A DNA stretch of 64,000 nt, taken from the NCBI GenBank assembly GCA_963693365.1, contig CAVNZM010000009.1, positions 5,400,245 to 5,464,244 on the forward strand, given 5' to 3'. Under the pieces are notes generated by a model, which made no database searches, was not told where the DNA came from, and was given only the letters and a program-made list of their open reading frames with translations. Origin of the DNA: Amoebidium appalachense. Its lineage: Eukaryota > Protista > Ichthyosporea. This document shows positions 1 through 26,452 of this stretch, one piece after another. The position numbers and the translations under genes are program-made. Within the stretch, counting starts at the first letter, position 1. Each line of letters starts with the position of its first letter.

Positions 1-85
1 GAGCGCAGAAAAAAGGCGAATGTCGCGAATGTTAAAAAGCATACAGAGAGAGACTGCCGCAAGCAAACCGGTGAGGAAAATAAAA

Positions 86-140
<55 letters not shown>

Positions 141-204
141 AGACACCGTGTGGTAGTTGTGATTCAAGAGGTGTGTGTGTGTGTGTGTGTGGAGGGGCAG
201 GGAG

Positions 205-236
<32 letters not shown>

Positions 237-243
237 AACATAC

Positions 244-592
244 CGACTGGGTCAGCGAGAGATTAAACCCCGGGGGCTCCTTTGCAGATAGGCGGTCGAG
301 GGCGGCCGCTATTGCGCCCGAGTCATAGTTGACCAGCACCTGCAGCAGGATGAACAGCCCGAACACCAGCCCCCGCCGCCGCAGCGCAAGGTCTTGCGCC
401 TGTGTGCCAACACCAAAATATTAGCCCCCTAATCTGCAGAGACACCACTCGTCACACACAGCTCAACTGTCCCCCCTCCCCGCCTGCCTCCCCCTCCCCC
501 CCCTCCCCCCCCCCCCCCCCCCCCGCGCTCTCTCTCCCGAGGTCCCCTCTCTGCCCCTCTCCTATCCACACACCCACAACTGCCCTCCCGGA

Positions 593-626
<34 letters not shown>

Positions 627-1036
627 TTCCCCCCCAAAACCAATTATACACAAAGACCAACCACAATGATTGAAAAGTTTCTCCACAGCGAACCCTTAAC
701 ATTTTTCCCAGTTCATCCAAGACTCTTTGCTTTCCCAGCCCCTCCTTCTGCATCAACTTCCTTTCCCTCCCCTTCTTCGCCGATCCCCCCCCCCCCCCCC
801 CCCCCCCCAACCAACCACCCTCACCCCCACATCCCCCCCAAATCAAGCCTCCTACCCCCCCACTCCCCCTCTCCCCCCTCCTCCCCCTCTAAACGAGCGG
901 ACAAGGGAAGACAGGGCCACCCCACCGATGCATGCTGCATTTTCTGGCGCTGGGCAGCTGTTGGGCCTATCAACTCGTCGACAGGGTCTGACTCCTGCGG
1001 CACGCACTGGTAGCCATCGGTCTCAGGCCCAGCCAT
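244..1036 (-). CDS. MFS transporter, Spinster-like, N-terminal part (gene continues off the left edge)
   Basis: ATG at 1036. Exon 1036-926 (MAGPETDGYQCVPQESDPVDELIGPTAAQRQKMQHAS|gtgggg) joins in phase 0 to exon 399-244 (cag|AQDLALRRRGLVFGLFILLQVLVNYDSGAIAAALDRLSAKEPPGFNLSLTQS|gtatgt). A hydrophobic TM1 ending in NYDxG and the F.LS.TQ motif resemble Spinster/MFS_1 N-termini. Confidence 0.7.
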
Positions 1037-2864
1037 GTTCTGGATCACCTGCACACACAGACAGACCTTCTTGGTTAGGAGAATGCAGCGTGAAAGCCAT
1101 TCACACAGGGCCCGCGTTTAGTCGAACCAAAAAAAAAGTGCTGTACAGGCACCAAGAAAACTAAGTCGCTCGGACTACGTTGTCAGCAACACAGTGGGGA
1201 AGAGCAAGTCCTCAACAAGATCTCACCTGCTGGAAGTTTTCAGGAAGCCGCAAAGCTCGGCGTGATGTTGTACACTTGACTCCGATGCACAGAGGTGTAG
1301 TTACGTTGCTATAACATTTTGCGTATACCCATATACTTAAGGAATAGCAGCAGGAGACAGAAAGAACCAAAGAACCAACTAGATCTGACGTGATAGGGAG
1401 TTATGGCTCATATGTATCAATAGGGGAATCTCGCAACAGTTGTGTGCGGAAAGCGTGCCACCCTAATAAGAAGCAACATAGAGCCTCTGAGAATATATGT
1501 AGCAGACAGCAATGCCCCCTTATAAAGCCTCTTTTTGTCCCCTGGTTGTAAGGGATAGATCCGGCTCACTCTCAAAGTAAAACTGCACTAATCATTGAAA
1601 TGGCTTTCATATCAGCGTGTTAAAGCCCACGAAAGCGTGCAAACTCTGGCCGCGAAAGTTGGAGAGTAGAAGCACGCGTAAGCAGACAACTATTAACTGG
1701 GGACCCCAAGACAAATTGCGACGCGGTTTGTTTTGTTTTCGTTTTCCTCTCAAGTTCGAAGGTTCCAGTTCCACAAGGTGAGGGACCGTGATGAAGCGTT
1801 TGAAAACTGAAAAAGAACGACAGCGGCAGATGGCTGCTGATTGGCTGATGCCTCGATGAATCATATTTGGGGATCTTCCACAGACGCAGCACGCTGAGCA
1901 CGGTGAACACGCACAGGCAGTGTGCACAGCCTGTGTCGGACACGCCGGCCCAAGCAGCAGAATGAAAGGAAAGAAACTAATATTACGACTCCGTTTTTCA
2001 ATTTAGTGCTGGTGATTTCAGTTGCTTTTGTTTCATTCGTCCTGCAGCACGGTGTCATCAATACGTGCCGCCGTGAGAGATGCTCAGATGCTGAAGGTTG
2101 CTTGTGCAGAACTGCCATATATGGTTCTACATGGTGCAATTCTGGCCAATCGTACATAACTTTGGGTGCGAGAACCACCAATCATCATCAGGCTAGAGCC
2201 TGAGAGAGGGCCTGGCCCGTGCACGTGCACAGCATCCGCATACACTTGGGTATGCACCAGGCTGGTAGCGAGCTCGTCTAGCTAGCTGACGCTGGAACGT
2301 TCCATAACTAATAACAACCATATGCAATGTGCAGCAAGATGCTTATTGATATGACTGGTGTGAGAGGGATGGAAATTCAAAAGAAAGCCCACGGCTTTTG
2401 GGAAGTATTTTGAATTCAAAGGAACATGCAGGAGTACAATGTACAGCATATGCTGGCAGGCCAGCTGCCTACACGCTCAGATCATTGATATCAGTTATGT
2501 ACACAACATTAAGCAGCAAGACCACACGAATTCATTCACCATACGTGCATAGACATGGGTAAGAGATAGTTGCATCAAACCAAACTGATGGTGCAAACAC
2601 CTACAGATAAAATTTAGAAAAGTGAACCTTGAGTACATACATCAAAAAAAAATCCCTGCATCTTTTTTTCATTCCATTTTATAGGAACCAAGAAATCCAT
2701 GCTGGCCAAAAGTCACCGACGCCTTCGACATGCGTACCCATGTCAACCAAATAAACTACCGAAAGAACAAACGGGAATAAAAAAATGAATTGGAAAAGGC
2801 ACATGTGTGTGAAGTGGTGGAGCAGGAGTTGAATCCCGCCGGGGGAGGGGGGGGGGGGGGGGGG

Positions 2865-3052
2865 TTTTGAATGCGTCAAAAAGTACGAAGTACACAAGAA
2901 CAAACGGATAACACGATGCAGAATGCAAGCCATACATAAAGAGTATGCATAATAAGCAGAGCCCATCCTCAGGGGGGGCCCACGTCATCCACAGTACCCG
3001 AGTTTCGACCTATTCCCCTCGTTAACGAAACCCAACTCAGATACTGTTTCAC
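2865..3052 (-). mobile_element. 188-bp dispersed repeat, SINE-like (copy 1)
   Basis: Identical by eye to 23034-23221 and flanked by G-runs. The minus strand has A-box-like TATCTGAGTTGG, B-box-like GGTCGAAAC and a 14-bp stem. Confidence 0.75.
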
Positions 3053-3070
3053 TGGGGGGTCGAGGAGAGG

Positions 3071-3149
<79 letters not shown>

Positions 3150-3231
3150 CGTGTATGTGCACACGCGCTTATACGGGTGCACATGTCTGCGTATGTAGGC
3201 CGTGTGTGTGTGTTAATAAAATAGATTCCAA

Positions 3232-3463
3232 TCACAGTGCCAGTAGGGGTGCATCACCCGGATGGTAGAATATCCTCCGCACGTGTGCCGCCTCCACTGC
3301 ATCCTCATCCACATTCACGTGCATGACCAGGGGCACCTCCAGCACGGTGCTGTGTGTCTGCCCGTCAGCCAGTCTGCACGTGATCATGGCCACGTTGTGC
3401 AGTGCACTGGGCGGGAGGTGGCCCAGGGCTAGCGTGGGGAGGCTGAGCGTCACCTCGTGCTCT

Positions 3464-3533
<70 letters not shown>

Positions 3534-3980
3534 GGGGGTGGGAGTGGTTTCTGGGTGTTGGTGTGGTTTGTGTGTGTGTGTGTGTGTGTGTGTTGGGGGG
3601 GGGGGGGGGGGGGGGGGGGGGTAAATGCGTTATACATGTGAAGTATATGGACACCTACCGTGCCAGATGAAGTAATCATGTGCAAGCACCAAGAGTATGC
3701 ACCGTTCATAGTCAGCGTGAGGCTCACGGAGGGGGGGGGGATAGTGTGTGATTGACCAAAAGGCACGGCCACACTTGCACCAGCAACTACCACACCGGGC
3801 AAGTAACAAACAAACCACTCACTCACGGACACAGCATCATGTGTGTGCGAACGCACACCCGCACACCCGCACACACTCACACCCAATGTACACACAACGA
3901 AGGTGATTAAGCACCATTCCCTAGGGAACAGCAAGGTTTCATAAGCATTTGAGATAGGATGACCATGTTTTGGCAAGGGG

Positions 3981-4012
<32 letters not shown>

Positions 4013-4218
4013 TGCTATCCACCTGCATCGACATTTGCCAGCCCGACCTGACCAAGGGGCACCTTCTTTTTCAGGTGGGCCACATCGGCCACGCAGTCAA
4101 ACACCCACACGCCACAGGCCAGGGGGGCATGCAAGCAGTACTGGATGCACAAGGTGAGCGGTGCTGTCAGCGCACAGTCGTTGGGGCTGACCGTCACCCC
4201 CGTCACGACCCCAGACAT
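3232..4218 (-). CDS. 142-aa protein resembling the ASF1 histone-chaperone fold (divergent ASF1-like family)
   Basis: Exons 4218-4023 and 3464-3232 join in frame (429 nt): [97 protein letters not shown]...[16 protein letters not shown]. The beta-strand spacing parallels ASF1. The family assignment is by pattern recognition. Confidence 0.6.
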
Positions 4219-4768
4219 TTTCTGCGTGCAAATAGGAAGGTGTGGGTGGGTGGGTCGGGGTGAAGGGGTGGTGAACAATATGGATGCTTGCTTATGGTAA
4301 CCAGCTTCCGGGCCAATAATAATTGATTAGAGGCAAGGGCAAATTATGAGACAGGATGCAACTAAGGTCTCAGTGAACTGAATTCGCAGAAATCTACCGC
4401 TTGACCTATTTCTAAAATCCGCAGCAGCACGAATATCTGTCAAATACCCCTATCCCCTACCCCCCCCCCCCCCCCCCCAAACACACACACACAAGGAAAA
4501 AAAAAAAGAAAAAAAAAAAAAAAACTCCTGCTCCCACCTCCTTTCTTTGGGGAGAAGAACAGGGGGGATGAAACCAGAACCGTAGGCATTTCAGTAACAT
4601 TCACCTCGCACACACCGTACCTTTGTCTCGTTGCCAGCCGGCCTCTCTGCAGTGTTTTCTGCTGGTCTCTAGCCTGCAACCAAACCATCATTAGCTGCCC
4701 TGCTGCCCCACCCACTTCCCTTCTCTCCCTTGATGCCAATTGCACAGAAACGAGGAAGACCCTGCCCT

Positions 4769-4816
<48 letters not shown>

Positions 4817-6051
4817 ATACACACACACACATACACAAGTCTTGGCATGCCTTGCAAACTCAATTCGATTCATCCCCCCTCCACCACCCCACCACCCACA
4901 TCCTCACCCTTTCACCTTCGTTCTATCCCACCCCTAATACCCCCCCCCCCCCCCCCTGGGGGTGTTCTCTTTCGGCTCTCCAACCCAACCAAACCCACCA
5001 ACCACCTAAAACTTTTCCGGCACACGAACACGATCACCCCCAACACATATTTCCTTTCCTTGCCCTTCTTCCCACAGCCCCGCCCACCGAACCCACATTT
5101 TGCGCTCCTTGCTTGAGCCATCACCAACCAATCACTCTGCCCAACCCCATGTCTTCTCCTCTTTGACACCAGGCTTAAACAGCACCCACAACGACGTATA
5201 TGCAAGTGGGTATGCCCATACTTAATCACACTCCCTCCTTGAATCAAACCCTTCTGTTTTATCCCTTCTTAACTTTCTCTCTCTCCTTCGCTCACTCAAC
5301 CACCCACCCACCCACCCATGTGTATTCAACCTGGAGAGTCTAATAAAGCGCTGTCATTAACCACTGGTTTTTCGCCCTTCTTTCCACCCCTTCCCTTCTC
5401 CGTTATTTTCACTCCCAGTCAGCGACTGTCCTTAGAAGCTGCTCCCCCACACCGTTCTACGTGCAACAGGAAAAGCTAGAAAAGCCAAGGATAAACGTGC
5501 ATGAACCCACTGAATTTCCCTCTCTCTCACTCTCTCCCTCCCTCCCCCCCCCCCCCCCCCCCCCCCCGGCAGCTGACTCAATTGCATACTCAGCTCCTGA
5601 GAAGCCCTGTATCCCCCCCTCTCCCCCCCCCCCCCCCCCCACCACCACCACCACCGCCTCCACCCCCACACGCACATTCACACACACACAAACCCCATGG
5701 TGCGCACCTACACATCCACCCAGAACCACACCAACAGCAGCCGTGCCCCCCCCCCCCCCCCCCCCCAAACCCCCACCCAACACACACATGCACAAACACA
5801 CAGAAATGCACCCCGCCACTAATCATAGTGCCCAATTAACCAAGCGCTCCCTAAACCTCCACCGTTACAGCAGTCTAGACTCAAGTAATGTGCCACCAAC
5901 AACCCTCCGGGTTTCCCTCTAACAATCACTCTTTCTCAAACCTATTCTCTCTCTCTCTCTTCCCCTTCCTCCCCCTCCCTCCCTCCTTCAGCCTTCCCCC
6001 TTCTTCCTTCCCTCTCTCCCCCTGCCCCCCCCCCCCCCTCCCCCCTCTCCC

Positions 6052-6132
<81 letters not shown>

Positions 6133-6502
6133 CTTCCAAAAAACACCCACACAATCGTGTGCACAGACACGCGTATACATCAAGATATACAATAGAGCAA
6201 AAATGCAAAGTACAGCCACGCTTTAATATCCCTCCCTCACTCCCCCTCTCCCTCACTCTCTTGCTCCCCAATCCCCTCTCCCTCTCGTTCTCTCTCTCTT
6301 CAGTTCCCTTCCTCTCTCTCTCCCTTCCTCCCTCCCTCCCTCCCTCCCTCCCTTTCCCCGACTCCCCCTGCCCCTCCCTCACTCACTCACTCCATTCTTC
6401 CCCTCCTCCCTCCCTCCCTCACTCCCTTTCCCCTCCCCCCTCCTCACCCTCTTCCGTCCCCTGCCTCTCCCTTTCCCTGCCCCTTCCCGGGACCCTATCC
6501 CC

Positions 6503-6540
<38 letters not shown>

Positions 6541-6929
6541 CCCCCCCCGGGGCCCCTATCCAACCCTTGATCTCTCCTGTCCGAACCCCCCCCCCCTCCC
6601 CCCTCTCTCCCTCCTTTCCGTTCCCTCCTGTCAGTACGCACCTGTAACACTCAGAAAACCCTCGTCCTCTACACCCCTGCCGTTCATACACGCGGACTGA
6701 GTATGCGGCTATGCTTCTCGCCGGGCTACATGTTGACGGTATTTCGGGTTCGCCCAGCGCCGGTATCGACGTCAGCCACCCGGTGAACTTACGGTGACGG
6801 TTGCCGCCAAAAGATTGGAGCAAGCCGGGCCGTCTGATATTCGGGTCGGCTATGTAAATGTATTCTTTCCTCCAGCAGAGCTCCGCTGATTTTGCCATAA
6901 AGGTCGCAAATAAAGCAAACAAACTTTTC

Positions 6930-7458
6930 ACAAAAGTTATTAATTACAATTTATGTTCACTAGCAATGGAATTATTTCTTGCTCATTGGAGCATCAGTTG
7001 GCCCGGCTCGACTCGGAATGGTTGTTTATTCAACAGCTCAAGGCCGTTGACTGACAGTTGGCGGGCCTTTTGTGCGCGGCTTTTTTGAATTTTTCGCTGG
7101 ACCTTACAGCCAATCACAAATTTCCAAACATTGCAACGAAAAATAAAACGCCCTCAGATGCGTCAGACTTGCGAACTTCCGTTCCAAAATGGTGCCATAA
7201 AGTTCCAAAATCCCGCTTTGTTAGAAGCTATAGGTTACAAATAACATGAGCAATTGACATAAACTATAATTATTACTAAGTAATAACGCAGAGTTGCTGA
7301 ATTGAACGCGGGGTCTACATGGACAAATGCAATCTGTTTGCACGCCTCTGACATCACCCAAATATGGCAACCGGCCGGCCCACGACAGTATATAGTGTCT
7401 CCCAACTGTCAGTTTTCCCCATTCAACACTTCCCTTTCTCTTCCTTTCAAACGCAAAC
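6930..7458. promoter_or_regulatory. Probable bidirectional promoter with CCAAT box and TATA-like box
   Basis: AT-rich and microsatellite-free. GCCAATCA near 7109, TATATAG at 7389-7395, then a pyrimidine-rich leader to ATG 7459. A minus-strand donor (CAG|GTGCGT at 6642/6641) points the other way. Confidence 0.5.
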
Positions 7459-8409
7459 ATGCCGCCCAAGAAGGCCGACGGTGAGAAGAAGTCCGCAAAG
7501 AAGGCGGCCGGTACGTGCCCTGTCCACTGCCCTGGCTGCGTCTTATGCGTCTTCGCTTCCGTGCTGATCTTATACTGCACTTATCTGCTTTCTTCTGCGC
7601 TGTACCTTGGTGAAGCTTCTATGACTTCCCCTTGAAATCGTCTGGCAACGACAGAGCTGTTACTGTTTATGCCTGTTCCACTACTTGGGCACTCCCTTTG
7701 CCGTCTCGAGTTCCTGTCAGCCGGTTGGGCACTGCTAAAGCTTTCCAACTAACCACACCTCTCGTGGTCTCATTGCTAATTCTCAACTTTGCTTTCCTCG
7801 GTGATTCGTCGACTTTGCAGCTCAGTCTCTCAATTGCCCTTTTGCGACTGACGACTAGTGGGCATGTACTTTTGTTTTTGGCCCAACTGGCAGGTGTACC
7901 TCCTACTAACCCCATCGCCTTTCAGGCGGGGCCAAGAAGTCGTCCCCGTACAACCAGTTCATGAAGACCGAGCTGGCCAAGGTCAAGAAGGAGAACCCCA
8001 GCCTGGACCACAAGGAGGCCTTCAAGAAGGCTGCCCAGAACGTGCGTGCCCTCTCCCTGCCCGCCCCCGTGTACCCCCGTGTGCCCATGCCGCTGGCCCC
8101 ACAGCTGCTTAACCGCTGTTCGCTTCACCTACACCACTCTCTGTAGATGCTTGCCTATGCCCCCTAAACCTCTCGTCTCCCCCCCTCCCCCTCCCCCCCC
8201 TCTCCGCCGCCCTCTCCCTTCATAGCCAGCCGTGCTTGCATCATACCCATGTTCTTTCTTGTTGCCGGGTGTGCCTGTTGTTCACGTCTTGTTTAGCTCA
8301 CTACGCCTTCAAAGTAGTCCCTGTTACAGTACTCTGCTCCCAAATGCACAATCTAACTCTGGCACCTCCACAGTGGGCCACCTCCAAGGACAACCCCAAG
8401 AACAAGTAA
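7459..8409 (+). CDS. 68-aa stand-alone YABBY-domain (HMG-box-like) basic protein
   Basis: Exons 7459-7510, 7926-8041 and 8374-8409, with canonical donors, acceptors and CTAAC branch points: MPPKKADGEKKSAKKAAGGAKKSSPYNQFMKTELAKVKKENPSLDHKEAFKKAAQNWATSKDNPKNK*. Matches the YABBY motif SxYNxFxKxExxxxKxxNPxxxHxEAFxxAAxNW. Strong GC3 codon bias. Confidence 0.9.
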
Positions 8410-10079
8410 ACACCTGCCCGTTCAAGCCCCACCCATCGTCACGAATGCAGCACGGTCGGCTGGTCCGGACCAGGAGTTGGCCTGTAGTTTATGTACCTAT
8501 TTATAGTAGCTTGTATGAGCAGCAGTGGCGAGGTTTTCGTCAAAACCCGCCTGCTCTCCTGCCCGGCCAGCTGCCGTGGGTTTAATTAAAGGCCCTCTGT
8601 TATCGTATCTCCTGTTGCCGTGTCTGTGCCCATCCTCCTCCTCCCCCCCCTTTTTTCCCCCTTTCCCCCAACCAACATGCTTATGCACACTACATGTGGC
8701 ATGTTGCTATGATACAATTTTGCGCTACAAGCTTGTCTGTGGTCTAGATAATCTGGTATCCTCAGGGTGTCCTTTGATTTGTGCTTGTCATTGTGCAGGG
8801 CCAGAATTACAATGTATTGCTTGCTCAAGGTAAGGTGCCTATTTCAGAACGTCCGGTTCCACACACAAAAATTCTACTAGAATACCCCCGCCCGCCCGCC
8901 CGCCCACCCTACATATCGTTTCACGCGCACAAAATCTTTCTGCCTACCTGCCGTAGTCGTGCTTACCTTCCTTTGCTTCTTGCAGTGCCTGTGGACAGAG
9001 ACAAAAACAAACAAAAGAGTATAACATTTCCCCAAGACAAGCCAATGTCTTCAAGACACCATAGAGTTGTACAAATGTTAGATTTTCTTATGAACCACTC
9101 CCCTCTCCAACCCCCAAGCACGCACACAAATCCTTCTGTCCAACACATCATGCATAAGGCTATTATAATAGCTGTAGTGGAAAGGGTCATTTTGCACAGG
9201 GACCTGAGGTGTTAGAGAGTAAGCTAGTGGGGCCCCTTTTGGGGGGGGCGGGGGGGTAGTAGGACTGGAGGGAAGAGGGCTTTATTAGGTGCATGTCATG
9301 ATCATGTCGGGTTTGTGCAAATCTACATGAACGGGTGGGGAAGAATTGCGGATGGCGTGGTGGGGAGGGGGGGCTGAACATATTATGTGTATATACGTAG
9401 GCGAGGAAGGTTCGTCATTGTAATTCCATACCCGAATCAATTATTGATATTAGGTGCATATGCATGACATTCTCCGTAGCAGTGCGTGCATGCGCACGCG
9501 TGTATGTGACGTGCACTAATAGTAGTGACTACTAGTAGTATACGTACTGGGAATCATGCATATACCTATAGCCAGGAAGAACGGACTGGTGGTGGTTGTG
9601 TGTGTGTGCGTGTGGTGACCATGGTGGCCATGGCCAAATATGCATCACGTACGCGTAGTGGCGGCAGGGGGGGGGGGGGGGGGGCTGCTAGTAGCAGATA
9701 GCTTGATGAAATGAAGATATCAATACCGTATCTCACGGCGTGCGCATACTAGTTCGGACCCTGAGGTTTGCGTGCACCCGTATACCGGTAAGCGTAGTTA
9801 TCAAGACATTGATCAAGTCCGTGTGTTGACGTCGACTGAATATGTGTGCAACTCGGCTGGCTACGTATACGGCGTGCATGTGCAAAGGTGCCAAGTACTA
9901 GTGTACGTAGGGTGTTCAAGTGTGTGTAAGTGTGTGTGTGTACACACATGTATACCTCGAGTGTGTGTTTTCGTGCAGCTGGCTCATGACGTGTGCGCTA
10001 ATTGTGTGTATGTTTGTTTTCATGTGCATTCATATGCATGTGTGTGCGAGTGCACGCGCATGTGTGTGTATGTGTGTGC

Positions 10080-10134
<55 letters not shown>

Positions 10135-10138
10135 GGGG

Positions 10139-10182
<44 letters not shown>

Positions 10183-10789
10183 CTTTCTTGCAAACTGCTG
10201 GCTGTTCTAATTTTAGACGTCGCCGAGGGCTGGGGTCTGGTAGATGCTGATATCGGTCTGCAGCTGGCCATATGGGATGTTCTGCTCTGTGGCCCAGGGC
10301 TGAAACAAAAGCATGACATGTGTGTATATAACCGATAAGGCTGGGCAGGAACCCAGCATATGTAATGCACAAACGAGGGGCCAGCCCTGCACGGTTTGTC
10401 CCCAACCCCACTACAGCCCCTCTGTCGGCTGCCAGAGCCCATGCCCCCACTCCCAGCTACCTGCATACAATATCGTGCCGGGTGGCACATAAAAAAACAC
10501 GTGCACCCACGGCACACATGACAACCATTCACTGCCACAGTACTGCGCACCACGCACACGTTTTCTAGGGCTACAGATCATCAGGAAAGAAGAGTACTGG
10601 CGTAGCATACAACAGCAACCACACAATCACGCATGCATTCACCACCTAACAGTCATTTAGTCATATATTCTCGTGTTGTTTGCAACCTAAACCCAGAGAC
10701 TTTCATATATGCGCAGTACAGGCCAAACAGAAAAGCCAAAAACTGTTGAAACCGCATTCCCAGTTATATGCACACTGTATCTCGTTGCC

Positions 10790-11059
10790 AGCCGCAGTAC
10801 TCAAGTACATGCACACAGTACCTACATGCGCACAGTACTAAGTACATGCGCAAAGTAATCTACATGCACACGTTTAGCACATGGGCAAAGTACCCGCGCA
10901 CACACAGTAACAAGTCCATGCACACAGTACCAAGTACATGCACACAGTACCTACATGCACACAGTAACCACATGCACACAGAACCTACATGCACACAGTA
11001 CCCACATGCCACATGCACACAGAACCTACATGCACACAGTACCCACATGCACACAGTAC
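10790..11059. repeat. Degenerate ~18-20-bp tandem repeat (ACATGCACACAGTACC core)
   Basis: About a dozen imperfect units immediately downstream of the LARP1 stop codon. Confidence 0.8.
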
Positions 11060-25625
<14,566 letters not shown>

Positions 25626-25982
25626 GGTCGCTCCACCCAGAGTCTACGCTCTGTCGGATGTCTGCACACACCCAGTGGTCAGCCACACACCCTGGGCCAT
25701 GCTGCACTAGCACAGGGGAGAAAAAGTTCACAGCAGTCTGATTTGAGCATGGAACCGTGGTGCATCCCAAACGGCTGTGGGTTGACAAAGAAGCCGATTA
25801 ATTTGCTTTGAAAAGGCTGCCCGACCAGATTGTCTGTGTTTCCGCACAACTCTTCGCCTGGAACGTTGTAGGTACAGCTTGTCAGCTGACAAACTGACAG
25901 CACACTAGTGTACATTGCTTGTGCAACTGTCGTGATGCTGCTCGTCATTGACCCATATCGAACGTTTGTTTGATTGTTTTGG

Positions 25983-26071
<89 letters not shown>

Positions 26072-26112
26072 TGTGTGTGTGTGTGTGTGCATGTGTATGT
26101 ATATATGTACAC

Positions 26113-26201
<89 letters not shown>

Positions 26202-26379
26202 GGGCGCACATGCGTATTTGTGTGTGTGTGTGTGTGCGTGCGTGTGTGCGTGTGTGTGCGTGTGTGTGTTTGCGCGTGTGTATACGTGTGCTTGAGTGTG
26301 TGTACGCACACATGCGTGCGTGTGTGCCTTTGTGTCTGCGCTTCCGCCCCTATGCGTGTGTGTGTGTGTGTCTGTGTGT

Positions 26380-26452
<73 letters not shown>

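Noticed and set aside
1607-2203. Several ~100-aa ORFs and isolated splice-like sites
   Set aside because: No coherent exon chain or codon bias. The region looks like promoter or 3'-UTR sequence.
2940-3052. Hammerhead ribozyme in the 188-bp repeat (GAAAC..GTA and CTGAGGA present on the minus strand)
   Set aside because: The core motifs are not connected by a valid stem II in any permutation I could build.
6419-6931. 170-aa minus-strand ORF
   Set aside because: It runs into intronic purine repeats, has no recognisable domain, and cannot be spliced in frame to the ASF1-like exons. Treated as leader sequence.
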